DNA of 64,000 bases from an uncultured Candidatus Entotheonella sp. (lineage in GTDB: Bacteria > Tectomicrobia > Entotheonellia > Entotheonellales > Entotheonellaceae), in NCBI GenBank assembly GCA_965215335.1, contig CBDCDA010000001.1:2016001-2080000 (forward strand), in the 5' to 3' direction. Made by a program: the position numbers and the translations under genes. Of this stretch, positions 1 through 10,441 are shown piece by piece (position 1 is the first letter of the stretch; the number at the start of each line of letters is the position of its first letter). The notes under the pieces are model-generated. The model had not been told where the DNA came from, searched no databases, and saw only the letters and a program-made list of their open reading frames with translations.

Positions 1-64
1 CCAGGCTGGCACCCAGGCAGAGCACCGCGAATATCGTCAACGTCACGCCTGTCGTCATCTTCAT
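1..64 (-). CDS. 5' end of a probable secreted protein that runs off the window
   Basis: Minus strand reads GAAAGG ATG AAG ATG ACG, giving MKMTTGVTLTIFAVLCLGASL, a signal-peptide-like N-terminus downstream of the mutase. Confidence 0.5.
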   Translation of the reverse strand, partial: MKMTTGVTLTIFAVLCLGASL

Positions 65-114
65 CCTTTCGTCGTAGTTGAGTCGATGCTGGGGCATCTC
101 ATCGGGTGGCTTTC

Positions 115-1809
115 CTAGGCGCTGCTCAGCACCACGCGCTCTTGGTACTCGCCGAAAATGCCGCGCAGGGTGTCGGCAATCTCGCCCAGGGTGGCGTAAC
201 TCTCGACTGCGGCGATCAGCGGCGGCATCAGGTTGTCGGTGCCGCGTGCGCGCTGCCCCAGGGTTTGCAGAGCGGCGGTCACCTTGTGGTTGTCGCGTTG
301 CGCGCGCAGGGCTTGCAAGCGGGCGATCTGCTGCTTTTCGAGGGCGGGATCAATCTGCATGATCGGCGGGGTGGCGTCTTCTTCCGTGATGAAGGCGTTC
401 AAGCCGACGATGAGCCGCGTTTTCGCCTCGATTTCCTTCTGATACGTGTAGGCGCTCTGCTGAATTTCGTGCTGTGGAAAGCCGGATTGGATGGCCTTGA
501 CCGCGCCGCCCATGTCGTCGATCTGCTGGATATAGGCGCGCGCGCCTGCCTCGATGGCGTCCGTCAGCGCTTCGATGGCATAGGAGCCGCCGACCGGGTC
601 GATGACTTTGGCGACGCCGGTTTCGTGGGCGATGATCTGCTGGGTGCGCAGGGCGATCTGCACGGCCTCCTCGGTGGGCAGGGCGAGGGCCTCGTCGCGC
701 GAATTGGTGTGCAGGGATTGGGCGCCGCCGAGGATGGCCGCCATGGCCTGGATGGCGACCCGAACGATGTTGATGTTCGGCTGCTGGGCGGTCAGGCTGC
801 TACCGGCCGTCTGGGCGTGGAAGCGCAGCATCTGGGCGCGCGGATTGCATGCCCGGAAGCGGTTGCGCATGATGCGGGCCCACAGCCGCCGCGCCGCCCG
901 GAATTTGGCGATTTCTTCCAGGAAGTCGTTGTGCACGTTGAAGAAGAAGGAAAGCTGCGCGCCGAAGGTATTGACGTCAAGCCCGGCTTCGAGCGCCGCC
1001 TCGACGTAAGCGATGCCGTTGGCCAGCGTAAAGGCGACCTCCTGCACCGCGGTGGCGCCCGCCTCGCGGATGTGGTAGCCGCTGATGCTGATGGTGTTCC
1101 AGCGCGGCAGCGCCTCTTGCGCGTAGGCGAACACGTCGGTGATCAGCCGCATGGAGGGGACCGGTGGATAGATGTAGGTGCCGCGGGCGACGTATTCCTT
1201 GAGGATGTCGTTCTGAACGGTGCCGGTGAGCTTGGCGGGATCGACGCCCTGCTTCTTGGCCATGGCGACGTAGAGGGCCAGCAGCGTGGCGGCCGTGGCG
1301 TTGATGGTCATGGAGGTGCTGACGCGGTCGAGCGGGATGCCGTCGAAGAGCGTTTCCATGTCCTGCAGCGAGGCAATGGCCACGCCTACCTTGCCGACCT
1401 CGCCGGCGGCCCTGGGGTGGTCCGAGTCATAGCCGATCTGGGTGGGCAGGTCGAAGGCGACGCTCAGCCCTTTCTGGCCGCGCTCCAGCAGGAACTTGTA
1501 CCGCTGGTTGGAGGCTTCCGCGGTGCCGAACCCGGCGTACTGGCGCATGGTCCACAGGCGCCCGCGGTACATGGTCGGATGGATGCCGCGGGTAAACGGG
1601 AACTGACCGGAAAAGTTGAGGTCCTCAAGGTAGGCGTCTTCCGACCGGTCCAACGGCGTGTACAGGCGGGAAACCGGCAGCCCCGAAAGGGTCTTGAACG
1701 CCAACTGCCGTTCCGGTGCCCGCGCCAGGGCAGGCTCGACAACCTCCGTGTCCCACTGCCGGTACAGGTCGGCAATGTCTGCCAGCCCATTACGTCTTTC
1801 TCGGGCCAT
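115..1809 (-). CDS. Methylmalonyl-CoA mutase family, N-terminal (substrate-binding) subunit, AdoCbl dependent
   Basis: Motifs [64 protein letters not shown] and [11 protein letters not shown]. No C-terminal B12-binding domain. AGGAG upstream of the ATG at 1809. Confidence 0.95.
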   Translation of the reverse strand: MARERRNGLADIADLYRQWDTEVVEPALARAPERQLAFKTLSGLPVSRLYTPLDRSEDAYLEDLNFSGQFPFTRGIHPTMYRGRLWTMRQYAGFGTAEASNQRYKFLLERGQKGLSVAFDLPTQIGYDSDHPRAAGEVGKVGVAIASLQDMETLFDGIPLDRVSTSMTINATAATLLALYVAMAKKQGVDPAKLTGTVQNDILKEYVARGTYIYPPVPSMRLITDVFAYAQEALPRWNTISISGYHIREAGATAVQEVAFTLANGIAYVEAALEAGLDVNTFGAQLSFFFNVHNDFLEEIAKFRAARRLWARIMRNRFRACNPRAQMLRFHAQTAGSSLTAQQPNINIVRVAIQAMAAILGGAQSLHTNSRDEALALPTEEAVQIALRTQQIIAHETGVAKVIDPVGGSYAIEALTDAIEAGARAYIQQIDDMGGAVKAIQSGFPQHEIQQSAYTYQKEIEAKTRLIVGLNAFITEEDATPPIMQIDPALEKQQIARLQALRAQRDNHKVTAALQTLGQRARGTDNLMPPLIAAVESYATLGEIADTLRGIFGEYQERVVLSSA

Positions 1810-2210
1810 CTCGCAACTCCTGATCGTGATTGGGTTCGGCGTGTTGTTATTGACTTGAAAAAACCGCCGGCGGAGCGTAGCTGAAACAGCCCGGCAACTA
1901 TACAATGCAACGTTTGGCATATCCAGCCCCCGTTGCTGGCGAATTGGCGATCAGATGCCGAGCGTTCGATACCGTACTCAAGGCTTTTCCCCGTTCGTTG
2001 TCGAGGTAGATCAGTCTGACACACTACCTGGAGCTGCCGTAGAATGCTGACGTGAAGAAGCTTGTTGCGGTGCCGACGACATGCCCATCGCCTTCCAGAA
2101 GAAATCCGGACAGCAACAGATGTTGAACCCATGCGGGTGTTTTGATACGTTACTCAGCCCTGTAAGGCGTCTTTCTGTTCAGGACGATCATCGGAGGAGT
2201 AGCATGACCC

Positions 2211-2885
2211 ATGCGCCTGGGCATTCTGGGTGACATTCACGGCTATCTGCCCGGCAGCGACGTGCTGGGGGTGGACTTTGCGGTGCACCTGACGCAGACG
2301 CTGCAGGTGGATGCCTTTCTGCAGGTGGGCGACATGTGTCATTATCGCTCGTTCGCCCGCCCGGTGTATTGGATCATCGGCAACAACGACTGGCCGGACG
2401 TGGTGCGGCAGGTAGAGAGCGGCGAGCGCTCGTTGCAGCATCTCCATAACGTCAAGACGGGTGAGGCGGTGACTCTGACCAAGGACGTTGAGACCGTCCG
2501 CATTGCCGGCTTGAACGGCGCCTATGACGACTTGTATTACGGCCTCGGTCCAGAAGGACCGAGGCCCGTTGAAAGCCTGGCGTATTTCGTGCGTGAAGAT
2601 GTCGACAGGTGCCTGGCCCTGCAGCAGATCGACGTGTTTCTGGCGCACGGCTGCCCCGCCGGCCTGGGTTACGGGCGCGAGCCGGACTACGGCGTGCCCG
2701 CCATCCGGGAAATCCTCGACGCCGTGCAGCCGCGCGTCATGTTCTGCGGCCACGCCCACTTCTACCGCGAAGTCCGCAGCGGCGCCAGCACCGTCTACTC
2801 ACTCGACGAATTGAAGCACGAATACTACGTCTTCGACACCGCCACGGACGCCCTGGAGCGCTTCCCGAGCCTGGTGACGCCATGA
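2211..2885 (+). CDS. Calcineurin-like metallophosphoesterase
   Basis: GDIHG, QVGD, GNND, LAHG and CGHAH motifs; GGAGGAG RBS. Confidence 0.88.
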   Translation: MRLGILGDIHGYLPGSDVLGVDFAVHLTQTLQVDAFLQVGDMCHYRSFARPVYWIIGNNDWPDVVRQVESGERSLQHLHNVKTGEAVTLTKDVETVRIAGLNGAYDDLYYGLGPEGPRPVESLAYFVREDVDRCLALQQIDVFLAHGCPAGLGYGREPDYGVPAIREILDAVQPRVMFCGHAHFYREVRSGASTVYSLDELKHEYYVFDTATDALERFPSLVTP

Positions 2886-3364
2886 TGCGGACGGCCATCG
2901 CCCGCAACCCCGACGTCCTGATGGAACCGATGCTGGCCGGCGACCTCGACGCCGTTCTCGCCATCGAGCACAAATCCTTCAGCATGCCCTGGACCGGCGC
3001 CATGTTTCTCTCCGAAATGCGGCAGGGTCCGAATTCCCGACTGCTGGTGGCGCGTCTGGAGAAGCGGCCCGCCACGATCGTCGGCTACGTCGGCTACCGC
3101 GCGGTACTGGATGAAATGCACGTCATGATCCTTGCCGTGGCGCCGGCCTGGCGTCGGCGGGGCATCGCGCAGCGCATGCTGTCGGAAGCCATGCAACAGG
3201 CGCAGCAGGCCGCCTGCGCCCGTGCCATCCTGGAAGTGCGGGCTTCGAATACTGGCGCCCAGCAGCTTTACTATCGCCTCGGGTTCGTCCCGGTCGGCAT
3301 TCGCCCCCAGTATTACAAGCGCCCGAGCGAGGATGCCCTGATTCTGTGGCGCGACCCGCTGTGA
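2882..3364 (+). CDS. rimI: Ribosomal protein S18-alanine N-acetyltransferase (GNAT)
   Basis: IEHKSFSMPW, AVAPAWRRRGIA, LEVRASNTGAQQLYYRLGF, R.QYY..PSEDAL; ATGA overlap with the upstream gene. Confidence 0.9.
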   Translation: MMRTAIARNPDVLMEPMLAGDLDAVLAIEHKSFSMPWTGAMFLSEMRQGPNSRLLVARLEKRPATIVGYVGYRAVLDEMHVMILAVAPAWRRRGIAQRMLSEAMQQAQQAACARAILEVRASNTGAQQLYYRLGFVPVGIRPQYYKRPSEDALILWRDPL

Positions 3365-3399
3365 AACCGCAACGCATGAAGAATCACGGAGATTTGCAG

Positions 3400-4167
3400 A
3401 TGGCAGATGAGGCGGAGATCACTCGTTTGCAGCAGGCCGTGGAGGCCGATCCCGCGGACGCCGAGACGCATTTGGCGCTGTTGCAAATGCTCGTCGAGGC
3501 GGAGCGCTGGAAGGAGGCTGAGGCAGTCGGTGACGGCCTGCTTCAGGACGAATCGCCGGCCGCCGAGGCGCACGCCCTCATGGGCATCGTGTACAGCAAG
3601 GACAGGAATTGGGACGCCGCCGTGGGGCAATGCCGTCAGGCGCTCGAAAGGCAGCCCGACGCCCCGCTCGTGCTGTTCAACCTCGGCACGCTGCTGGTAC
3701 GGCAGGGCGATCCGCAGGCAGCCATCGAACACCTTGAGAAGGCCATTGAACTGCAGTCGGGCTGGGCCGAGGCGCACTACGCGCTCGGGACGGCCCTGCT
3801 CCACCGAGAGCGCTACCGCGAGGCGATCAACGCCTTCGACGAAGCCCTCGAATTGCGCCCGACGTATCCCGAGGCCGAGTTCAATCGCGGCAACGCCTAT
3901 GCCATGCGCGGGCTGGAGCCCAACGGAACGATGGATTACTACGAGCTCGATTGCGCGGTGCAGGCGTACAAGAAGGCCATTCAACAGCGGCCCGGCTACC
4001 CGGCGGCGCTCTACAACCTGGGCATGGTCTACAAGCGTATGAACTCGTCCGAGGGCCTGCGCGTGTGGGACGAGTACATGGAAGCCGCGCGTCCCCTGCC
4101 CGAAGAGACGATCTGGTGGGCGCGGGCGCAGGAGTTCAAGGCCGATCTGCAGGACCGGCTGCAGTAA
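3400..4167 (+). CDS. Tetratricopeptide repeat protein
   Basis: Repeated TPR signatures (AEAHALMG, LFNLG, AEAHYALG, AEFNRG, ALYNLG). Start could be 3376. Confidence 0.88.
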   Translation: MADEAEITRLQQAVEADPADAETHLALLQMLVEAERWKEAEAVGDGLLQDESPAAEAHALMGIVYSKDRNWDAAVGQCRQALERQPDAPLVLFNLGTLLVRQGDPQAAIEHLEKAIELQSGWAEAHYALGTALLHRERYREAINAFDEALELRPTYPEAEFNRGNAYAMRGLEPNGTMDYYELDCAVQAYKKAIQQRPGYPAALYNLGMVYKRMNSSEGLRVWDEYMEAARPLPEETIWWARAQEFKADLQDRLQ

Positions 4168-4194
4168 GTCTGTGGGAGAGGCGCACCCCGGCCT

Positions 4195-4710
4195 ATGGAC
4201 CCGAACCCTTCAGCAGGACAGTCCGACACGCGGCTGAAATTCATGCGCATCGTCGGGGGCGTGGCGGTGGCCCTGGTGATAGCCCTGGTGGTCGGTACGT
4301 ACGCTGCGCCGCATGTGGGTCGCATGGCGGACATCGTCCTGAACCACACTTGGCATCGCGACTGGACGGGTTTGACCCTGCCCGCCGATGAGGCGTTCTT
4401 CGATCTCTCAACCCCGTTTCTGGCCGTGCGTAGCTATTACAGTGCGCTCTACCAGGGCGACGTGACGCACTTGGCGGAATTGGCCGTGGCTCCCTTCCAG
4501 GAGCAGCTGCGCCTGCGCTTGCAGCACGCCGAGACGCCGGCCAGCGCGCACCGTATCATCTACCGCAGCTACCTGTTCACGGTGCTGCAGGGCGGCGGCA
4601 GGGCAGTGGTGACCGAGAAGTTTCACCTCTTCTGGCAGCGTGGCCTGCGCTTTCAGCTGCAGCGAACGCACGCCGGCTGGTCTATCGCCGGCGTGGCTCT
4701 GGTGCAGTGA
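4195..4710 (+). CDS. Hypothetical membrane-anchored protein
   Basis: N-terminal hydrophobic helix IVGGVAVALVIALVVG; fits between co-directional genes; GAGAGG RBS. Confidence 0.7.
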   Translation: MDPNPSAGQSDTRLKFMRIVGGVAVALVIALVVGTYAAPHVGRMADIVLNHTWHRDWTGLTLPADEAFFDLSTPFLAVRSYYSALYQGDVTHLAELAVAPFQEQLRLRLQHAETPASAHRIIYRSYLFTVLQGGGRAVVTEKFHLFWQRGLRFQLQRTHAGWSIAGVALVQ

Positions 4711-4741
4711 CGATCCCGCCTTGCCTCCAACGGAGCGTCGC

Positions 4742-5551
4742 ATGCCTCTTATTGACGCCCACTGCCACCTTGACGCCCCCGCCTATAGCGACCCCGCCGC
4801 CGTCTGCCGCCGGAGTGCGCAAGCCGGGGTGGAGATAATCGTTGCGGCGGGTACCGGGTTGGCCTCCAACCGCAAAATTCTGGCCTTGCAACAGCAACAA
4901 CCGGCGCATGTGTGGGTGGCCTTGGGCTTGCACCCGGAGCGCCCCGGGGCGTCCTGGGAAGAGGTGGAAGCGGTACTCGCCCAATTGCGCGCGCAGCGTG
5001 ACCGGGTGGTCGCCTTGGGGGAGGTCGGCCTGCCGCACTACGCCCTGCTGGACCGTTCCATGACGGCCGGGCAGGCGCAGCAGCACGAAGCCTTTCTGCA
5101 CGCCCTGGTGAGAGGTGCCGTGGATTTGGCTCTGCCGGTCGTCCTGCACGCGCCGCACGCTGCTGCTGCCAGGGCGTTGGCCATCGTGCGGCGCTACGAG
5201 CCGTCCGGCGTCGTGTTCCACTGGCACAAAGGCGGCCCGGACACGACTGCGGCGATCTGCGAGGCGGGTTATTTCCTGTCCGTGACCCCGGAGGTCTGTT
5301 ACCGGGAGCGCGACCGGGAGCTGGTGCGGGCGACGCCGCTCCGCAATCTGCTGCTGGAAAGCGACGGCCCCTGGCCATACGGCGGCGAGTTCGCCGGCCA
5401 ACTGACCACGCCCGCCAGGGTCGCCCGCCTTGCCGCCGAGGTGGCACGTCTCAAAGGTGTACCGCGGGAAGAAGTCCGGGAAGTGGTATGGGAGAATGCC
5501 CGGCACCTCTTTGGCCGCGGTGGGTCAGGGTCTGAGATCGGCTTTGGATGA
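4742..5551 (+). CDS. tatD: TatD family hydrolase/DNase
   Basis: IDAHCHL, GLHP, GEVGL, VVLH, VFHW and LLESDGP motifs. Confidence 0.9.
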   Translation: MPLIDAHCHLDAPAYSDPAAVCRRSAQAGVEIIVAAGTGLASNRKILALQQQQPAHVWVALGLHPERPGASWEEVEAVLAQLRAQRDRVVALGEVGLPHYALLDRSMTAGQAQQHEAFLHALVRGAVDLALPVVLHAPHAAAARALAIVRRYEPSGVVFHWHKGGPDTTAAICEAGYFLSVTPEVCYRERDRELVRATPLRNLLLESDGPWPYGGEFAGQLTTPARVARLAAEVARLKGVPREEVREVVWENARHLFGRGGSGSEIGFG

Positions 5552-5571
5552 TGACGCCGGGAAAAGAAGGT

Positions 5572-7137
5572 TCACGGTCGTGGTTGCGTCCTCCGAAAGA
5601 ACAGCGCCAGCGCGATGCCGGCCAGCGAGATCACCACGAAAACCCCGAAGCAATCATTGAAGGCCAGTAACAACGCTTCCTGGTCAACGAAACGGCCCAG
5701 CAGGAACCTGGCTTGGGTTGCGGGTGCCGACGCGATACCGAGTTGCTCGGACAGCGTCTCGAACACCCGCAGCCCGTGCTGCGTTCCGACTGCCGGGAGC
5801 GCCTGCGTCTCGGCCAATACCGCCTGGTGCATTCGATGCCGCTGATCCAGCAAGGCCGCCAGCAGCGAAACCGCCAGCGCACCGCCGAGCACGATGCACA
5901 GGTTGAGGATCGTGGTCGCCGTTTTCCCCTGCGCCGTCGGCAGACCGCTGATGCCGACCGGGTAGAGCACCGGAAAGGACAGCCCCAACCCCAGCCCGCG
6001 GCCAAAGTAAATCAGCAGGATGGCCAGCAGCGACACCCTCAGATCGGCGAACATCATCAGCGCGCCGAACGTGCCGTAGCACAGGTAGCCCAGGACCATC
6101 AGCACGCGTGTGTCAATGCGGTCGCTGGCCCAGCCGGTGAGCGACGTAAACAGGACCATGAACGCCGAGCTCGGGAACATGACGAGCGCCGTGTGCCACA
6201 CTGACAGGTCATACGCCTGCTGCAGAAACAGCGACAGCAGGAACGGTCCACCGTTGAACATCGCTCCGGCAATCAGGGCGAGAACAAGGGCGATGGCGTA
6301 GGGCCGGCTGCGTAGCGCCCCGAGGTCGATCAACGGCACGCTGACGTAGGACTCCAGCAGCAGAAAGGCCAGCGACGCCAGGCCGCAGATGGCAAACAAC
6401 GTGATGATCTGCATGCTGTCCCATCCCAGGCGTTGGCCGTCACTCAGCGCCAGGAGCAGGGTTGCCAGGGCGGTGGACAGGGTCAGAAATCCCCACCAGT
6501 CAAACGGCACGCCCCACTGGCGCGGCGACCGGCGCATGATGAAGACGGCGATCAGCAGCGCCACGATCCCCGCCGGCACGCTGATGAAGAACGCGGCGCG
6601 CCAGTTCAACCACTCGGTGACGAGGCCGCCCAGCGGAATGCCCGTGAGCGAGCCGCACGACGCCCCCGTGCCCCAGATGGCCGTACCCAGGCCACGCTTT
6701 TCCGCCGGAAAGATGTCCAGCATCAGCAGCATGGTCACCGGCATGATGACGCCCCCGCCAAGCCCCTGCACGACGCGCAGGCCGACCAGCAGCCAGACGT
6801 TGCTCACCAGGCTGCACAGCACCGCGCCGCCGGTGAATACCGCCAGCCCAACGATGTACAACTCGCGAGCGCCCAGCGTCCGGCTGATCCAGCCGACGAG
6901 CGGAATCACCACCGCGTTGGCCAACATGTACGCCGTCACCACCCAGCGGATGGTCACCACGTCGGTGCCCAAATCGCTCATCATGTTGGGGATGACGATA
7001 TTGATCACGTGCTGGTTGAGGACACTGATATAGCCGCCCAAGACGATGGACGTCATGGACCAGAAGACGTAGCCGGGAGGATAGGGCGGGGCACTTTCGG
7101 TGGCGGACGGGACGACTGATCGGGGCCGTGTTTGCAT
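5572..7137 (-). CDS. DHA2 (EmrB/QacA) family MFS efflux permease
   Basis: About 14 TM helices; WVVTAYMLANAVVIPL, RVVQGLGGG, PAEKRG, WRAAFFISVPAG, FDWWGF, AFNDCF. Confidence 0.92.
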   Translation of the reverse strand: MQTRPRSVVPSATESAPPYPPGYVFWSMTSIVLGGYISVLNQHVINIVIPNMMSDLGTDVVTIRWVVTAYMLANAVVIPLVGWISRTLGARELYIVGLAVFTGGAVLCSLVSNVWLLVGLRVVQGLGGGVIMPVTMLLMLDIFPAEKRGLGTAIWGTGASCGSLTGIPLGGLVTEWLNWRAAFFISVPAGIVALLIAVFIMRRSPRQWGVPFDWWGFLTLSTALATLLLALSDGQRLGWDSMQIITLFAICGLASLAFLLLESYVSVPLIDLGALRSRPYAIALVLALIAGAMFNGGPFLLSLFLQQAYDLSVWHTALVMFPSSAFMVLFTSLTGWASDRIDTRVLMVLGYLCYGTFGALMMFADLRVSLLAILLIYFGRGLGLGLSFPVLYPVGISGLPTAQGKTATTILNLCIVLGGALAVSLLAALLDQRHRMHQAVLAETQALPAVGTQHGLRVFETLSEQLGIASAPATQARFLLGRFVDQEALLLAFNDCFGVFVVISLAGIALALFFRRTQPRP

Positions 7138-7239
7138 GTTACAATGGTTTCTGTTTCAAGGTGTCATGAGCTGTCCGCAGTCTACACGAGCGCCGGACGG
7201 ACGAACAACCTGAACCCCGCGGCGCAGAGGAGACGTATC

Positions 7240-8673
7240 ATGTCCGGTTCCATCGAAGCGTACTTCCGGCAGATTGCCCCGGCGGTGGACTTTTGTTCCC
7301 TGCGCCTGGTCAGCGAGTGCTCCGAGCTTCTCGCGGTACGGCAGGACGTCCTGCAGCCGGTCGTCACCTCGGAAGATCGCGGCGTCATGCTCACCGTGTG
7401 GGACGGCGGCGGCATGGGCTATGCCGCCGCCAGCGATCTCAGCCCCAGCGGCCTGCGCTTAGCGGTTGACGAGGCGCGCCAGTGGGCGCGCGACAGCGCC
7501 ACCCACAGCGCGGTGGACTTTTCGAAGATCGTCATGGAACCGCCGCAGGGCGACTACGCCAGTCTGGAGGCCGAACCCTGGCAGAACGTCCCGCTGGCCG
7601 ACAAGATCGACCTGCTGCAACGCGAAAGCGCCCGCCTCAAGATCGATCCGCGCATCGTCGATTGGGAAGCCTCGCTGTGGCATACCGACGTTGAGACTCT
7701 CTACCTCACCGCCGACGGCGGGCGCGTGCACCAATTGTTCCGTACCCTCGTGCCCGCGCTCAGCGCTACCGCCAACGACGGCCCGGAAACGCAGACCCGC
7801 ACCTTCGGCGGGCGCGGCTATTGCCGCCAGGGCGGCCTCGAGGTCCTCGACCACCTCGGTTTCCGCCAGGCCGCGCCGCGTATCGCCGAGGAAGCCATCC
7901 AGCTCCTTCTGGCGCCCAATTGCCCCGCCGGCACCATGGACGTGCTGTTGGCACCCGACCAGATGATCCTGCAAATCCACGAGTCGATCGGCCACCCACT
8001 GGAGCTCGACCGCATCCTCGGCGACGAGAGAAACTACGCTGGCACCAGCTTCGTCACCCCCGACATGTTCGGCACCTACCGCTACGGCTCCGACTTCCTC
8101 AACGTCACCTTCGACCCCACGCAGCCGGAAGCGTTCGCCAGCTACGGGTTCGACGACGACGGCCAGCCGGCGCGGCACGCCTATCTCATCCGCAACGGCA
8201 TCCTGCAGCGTGCCCTCGGCGGCATCACCTCGCAGGTGCGCGCCGACGTGCCGGGCGTGGCGACTTCCCGCGCCTGTGGCTGGAACCGGCCACCGATTGA
8301 CCGCATGGCGAACCTCGACCTCGAGCCGGGTGATGCCAGCCTCGACGCCATGGTGGGCGCCGTGCAAGGCGGTATTTTCATGCGGACGAACTGCTCCTGG
8401 TCCATCGACGACTCGCGCAACAAATTCCAGTTCGGCTGCGAGTGGGGACAATTGATCGAGGACGGGCGTCTGACCACGGTGGTGAAAAAGCCGAACTACC
8501 GGGGCATTTCCGCGACCTTCTGGCGCAACCTGGCAATGGTGGGCAACCGGAGCACCCTGGAGATCATGGGGACGCCGTTCTGCGGCAAGGGCGAGCCCAA
8601 TCAGATGGTCCGCGTCGGCCACGCCTCCCCCGCCTGCCTGTTCACCAACGTCGAGGTATTCGGAGGGGAATAG
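7240..8673 (+). CDS. tldD: TldD/PmbA family protease, catalytic subunit
   Basis: HESIGHPLELDR zinc motif, PPIDRMANL, C-terminal CGKGEPNQ...GH; GAGGAG RBS. Confidence 0.92.
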   Translation: MSGSIEAYFRQIAPAVDFCSLRLVSECSELLAVRQDVLQPVVTSEDRGVMLTVWDGGGMGYAAASDLSPSGLRLAVDEARQWARDSATHSAVDFSKIVMEPPQGDYASLEAEPWQNVPLADKIDLLQRESARLKIDPRIVDWEASLWHTDVETLYLTADGGRVHQLFRTLVPALSATANDGPETQTRTFGGRGYCRQGGLEVLDHLGFRQAAPRIAEEAIQLLLAPNCPAGTMDVLLAPDQMILQIHESIGHPLELDRILGDERNYAGTSFVTPDMFGTYRYGSDFLNVTFDPTQPEAFASYGFDDDGQPARHAYLIRNGILQRALGGITSQVRADVPGVATSRACGWNRPPIDRMANLDLEPGDASLDAMVGAVQGGIFMRTNCSWSIDDSRNKFQFGCEWGQLIEDGRLTTVVKKPNYRGISATFWRNLAMVGNRSTLEIMGTPFCGKGEPNQMVRVGHASPACLFTNVEVFGGE

Positions 8674-8678
8674 GCGCC

Positions 8679-10001
8679 ATGCAGGACTACTTTCACGCCT
8701 TGGCAGACACCATCACCGCCCACCTGCGCGACCGGGAAGTGTACACCTGCACCTTTCGCGGCGAGGATTCCGACTTCGTGCGCTTCAACCGCAGCGCCGT
8801 GCGGCAGGCCGGCACCGTGCGTCAGCGCGCCCTGAGCCTCGACCTCATCGAGGGCCGGCGGCACGCCGCCGGCAGCGTGGCCCTGTCGGGCAACCTGCAA
8901 CAGGACGGCGACCGCCTCACCCGGTTGCTGGAAGGGCTACGCGAACAATTGCCGTTCCTCCCCGAAGACCCGCACCTGCTCTACGCCACCGAGGTGTGCT
9001 CCAGCGCCGCGACGGGCCGCAACGAGTTGCCGAAGCGCGCCGCGGCGCTGGACGCCGTTCTGCAGGCCGGGCGCGGGCGCGACCTCGTCGGCCTGTACGC
9101 CGCCGGGGGCATTTACGTCGGTTTTGCCAATGCTTTCGGACAGCGCAATTGGTTCACCAGCTACAACTTTAACTGCGATTGGAGTTTTTATCTCCAGGGC
9201 GACAAGGCCGTCAAAACCGCCTATGCCGGTTTGCGCTGGGAAGCCGATGCCTTCGAGCGCCAAGTGGACGAAGCCGCGGCGCAACTGGAAGCCCTGGGTC
9301 GGCCGCCGCGCACCATCCCACCGGGGAACTATCGGGCCTACCTGGCACCGGCCGCGGTCGCCGACATCCTCGACATGCTGGCCTGGGGCGGCTTCGGTCT
9401 CAAGGCGCAGCGCACCAAGCACACCCCCCTGCTGCAAATGACGGAATCGGAGCGGCGCCTGCACCCGGCGGTTACCCTGCGCGAGAACACCCGCGAGGGC
9501 GTGGCGCCGAATTTCGACGCCGCCGGTTTTATCAAGCCCGACCAGGTTACCCTGATCGACGCCGGCGACCTGGGCGACTTCCTGGTTTCACCGCGCTCGG
9601 CAAAGGAATACGGCGTCCCCACCAACGGCGCCGGCAGCGGCGAGGCGCCCGAATCCATGGACATGGCGGCGGGCCGGGTACCGATGCAGCAGGTCTTGGC
9701 GCAGCTCGACACCGGTGTCTACATCAACAACGTCTGGTACCTCAACTACTCTGACCGCGCCTCGGCCCGCGTTACCGGCATGACCCGCTTTGCCACCTTC
9801 TGGGTCGAAAAGGGGGCGATCCAGGCACCCTTGAACGTGATGCGCTTCGACGAGTCCGTCTACCGAATGTTCGGCGACGGCCTGTCAGGGCTGACGGACG
9901 AGCGGGCGTTCCTGCTGGACGGCAGCACCTATCGTCGGCGTTCAACGGGCAGTAGCCGGGTTCCCGGCGCCCTGCTGCGGGATTTCACCTTTACGTTGTG
10001 A
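8679..10001 (+). CDS. tldE: TldE/PmbA family partner subunit
   Basis: Starts 5 bp after tldD; VRFNRSAVRQ, NVWYLNYSD, TGMTRFATFWVE, MRFDES; no HExxH. Confidence 0.85.
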   Translation: MQDYFHALADTITAHLRDREVYTCTFRGEDSDFVRFNRSAVRQAGTVRQRALSLDLIEGRRHAAGSVALSGNLQQDGDRLTRLLEGLREQLPFLPEDPHLLYATEVCSSAATGRNELPKRAAALDAVLQAGRGRDLVGLYAAGGIYVGFANAFGQRNWFTSYNFNCDWSFYLQGDKAVKTAYAGLRWEADAFERQVDEAAAQLEALGRPPRTIPPGNYRAYLAPAAVADILDMLAWGGFGLKAQRTKHTPLLQMTESERRLHPAVTLRENTREGVAPNFDAAGFIKPDQVTLIDAGDLGDFLVSPRSAKEYGVPTNGAGSGEAPESMDMAAGRVPMQQVLAQLDTGVYINNVWYLNYSDRASARVTGMTRFATFWVEKGAIQAPLNVMRFDESVYRMFGDGLSGLTDERAFLLDGSTYRRRSTGSSRVPGALLRDFTFTL

Positions 10002-10033
10002 GCGGCGGTCTTCATGCCCACGAGGAGAAATCC

Positions 10034-10414
10034 GTGAGTCGATATTTGTTCTTGTTTGCCCTGGTAATCGTTTTCGGAGGCCAGGCCGTGGCAGAGACCG
10101 AAACGTTTGTCACCCAAGGTCAGTTTGAAGAGTTCGACAAGCGTATGGCTGAACGCTTCAGGCACGCCGCGGAATCACGAGCGCAGGGCTTTGCCGCGGT
10201 CAACCAGCGCATTGATGACCTGCGGTTGGAAATGCAGGCTCTGCGGCTGGAAATGCAGGCCGACATGCGCCAGACGCGCGGCTGGCTGATCGGCTTGCTG
10301 GCCCCGGTAGTCATTGCGGTTGTGGGCGCTATCGTGACGGTGGTGGTGAAGTGGGGCTTTTCCGCCCCCAGACCGCCCGGGGAACCGTCACTGAGCCATG
10401 CTTCGAGAACCTAA
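10034..10414 (+). CDS. Small signal-peptide, coiled-coil, C-terminal TM protein
   Basis: GAGGAG RBS and GTG start; signal peptide ending AVA; heptad region with a 21-bp tandem duplication; C-terminal hydrophobic helix. Confidence 0.7.
   Translation: MSRYLFLFALVIVFGGQAVAETETFVTQGQFEEFDKRMAERFRHAAESRAQGFAAVNQRIDDLRLEMQALRLEMQADMRQTRGWLIGLLAPVVIAVVGAIVTVVVKWGFSAPRPPGEPSLSHASRT
10220..10261 (+). repeat. 21-bp tandem duplication encoding LRLEMQA twice
   Basis: CTGCGGTTGGAAATGCAGGCT followed by CTGCGGCTGGAAATGCAGGCC. Confidence 0.9.
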
Positions 10415-10441
10415 GCGCCGTTCAATACAACGTTGGAATGA

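Noticed and set aside
106..1884. Long antisense and alternate-frame ORFs (e.g. 106-1884 +, 18535-20733 -, 20793-22469 -, 27897-29954 -, 32157-33704 +)
   Set aside because: Shadow ORFs expected in high-GC DNA; each overlaps a gene with clear family motifs and has none itself.
1920..2190. Lower-GC spacer possibly holding a gene remnant or sRNA
   Set aside because: The frames I translated gave no recognisable motif and I saw no convincing structure.
7240..10414. TldD/TldE as part of a RiPP cluster
   Set aside because: No YcaO, radical SAM, lanthipeptide enzyme or precursor-like peptide nearby; the downstream small ORF is a membrane coiled coil.
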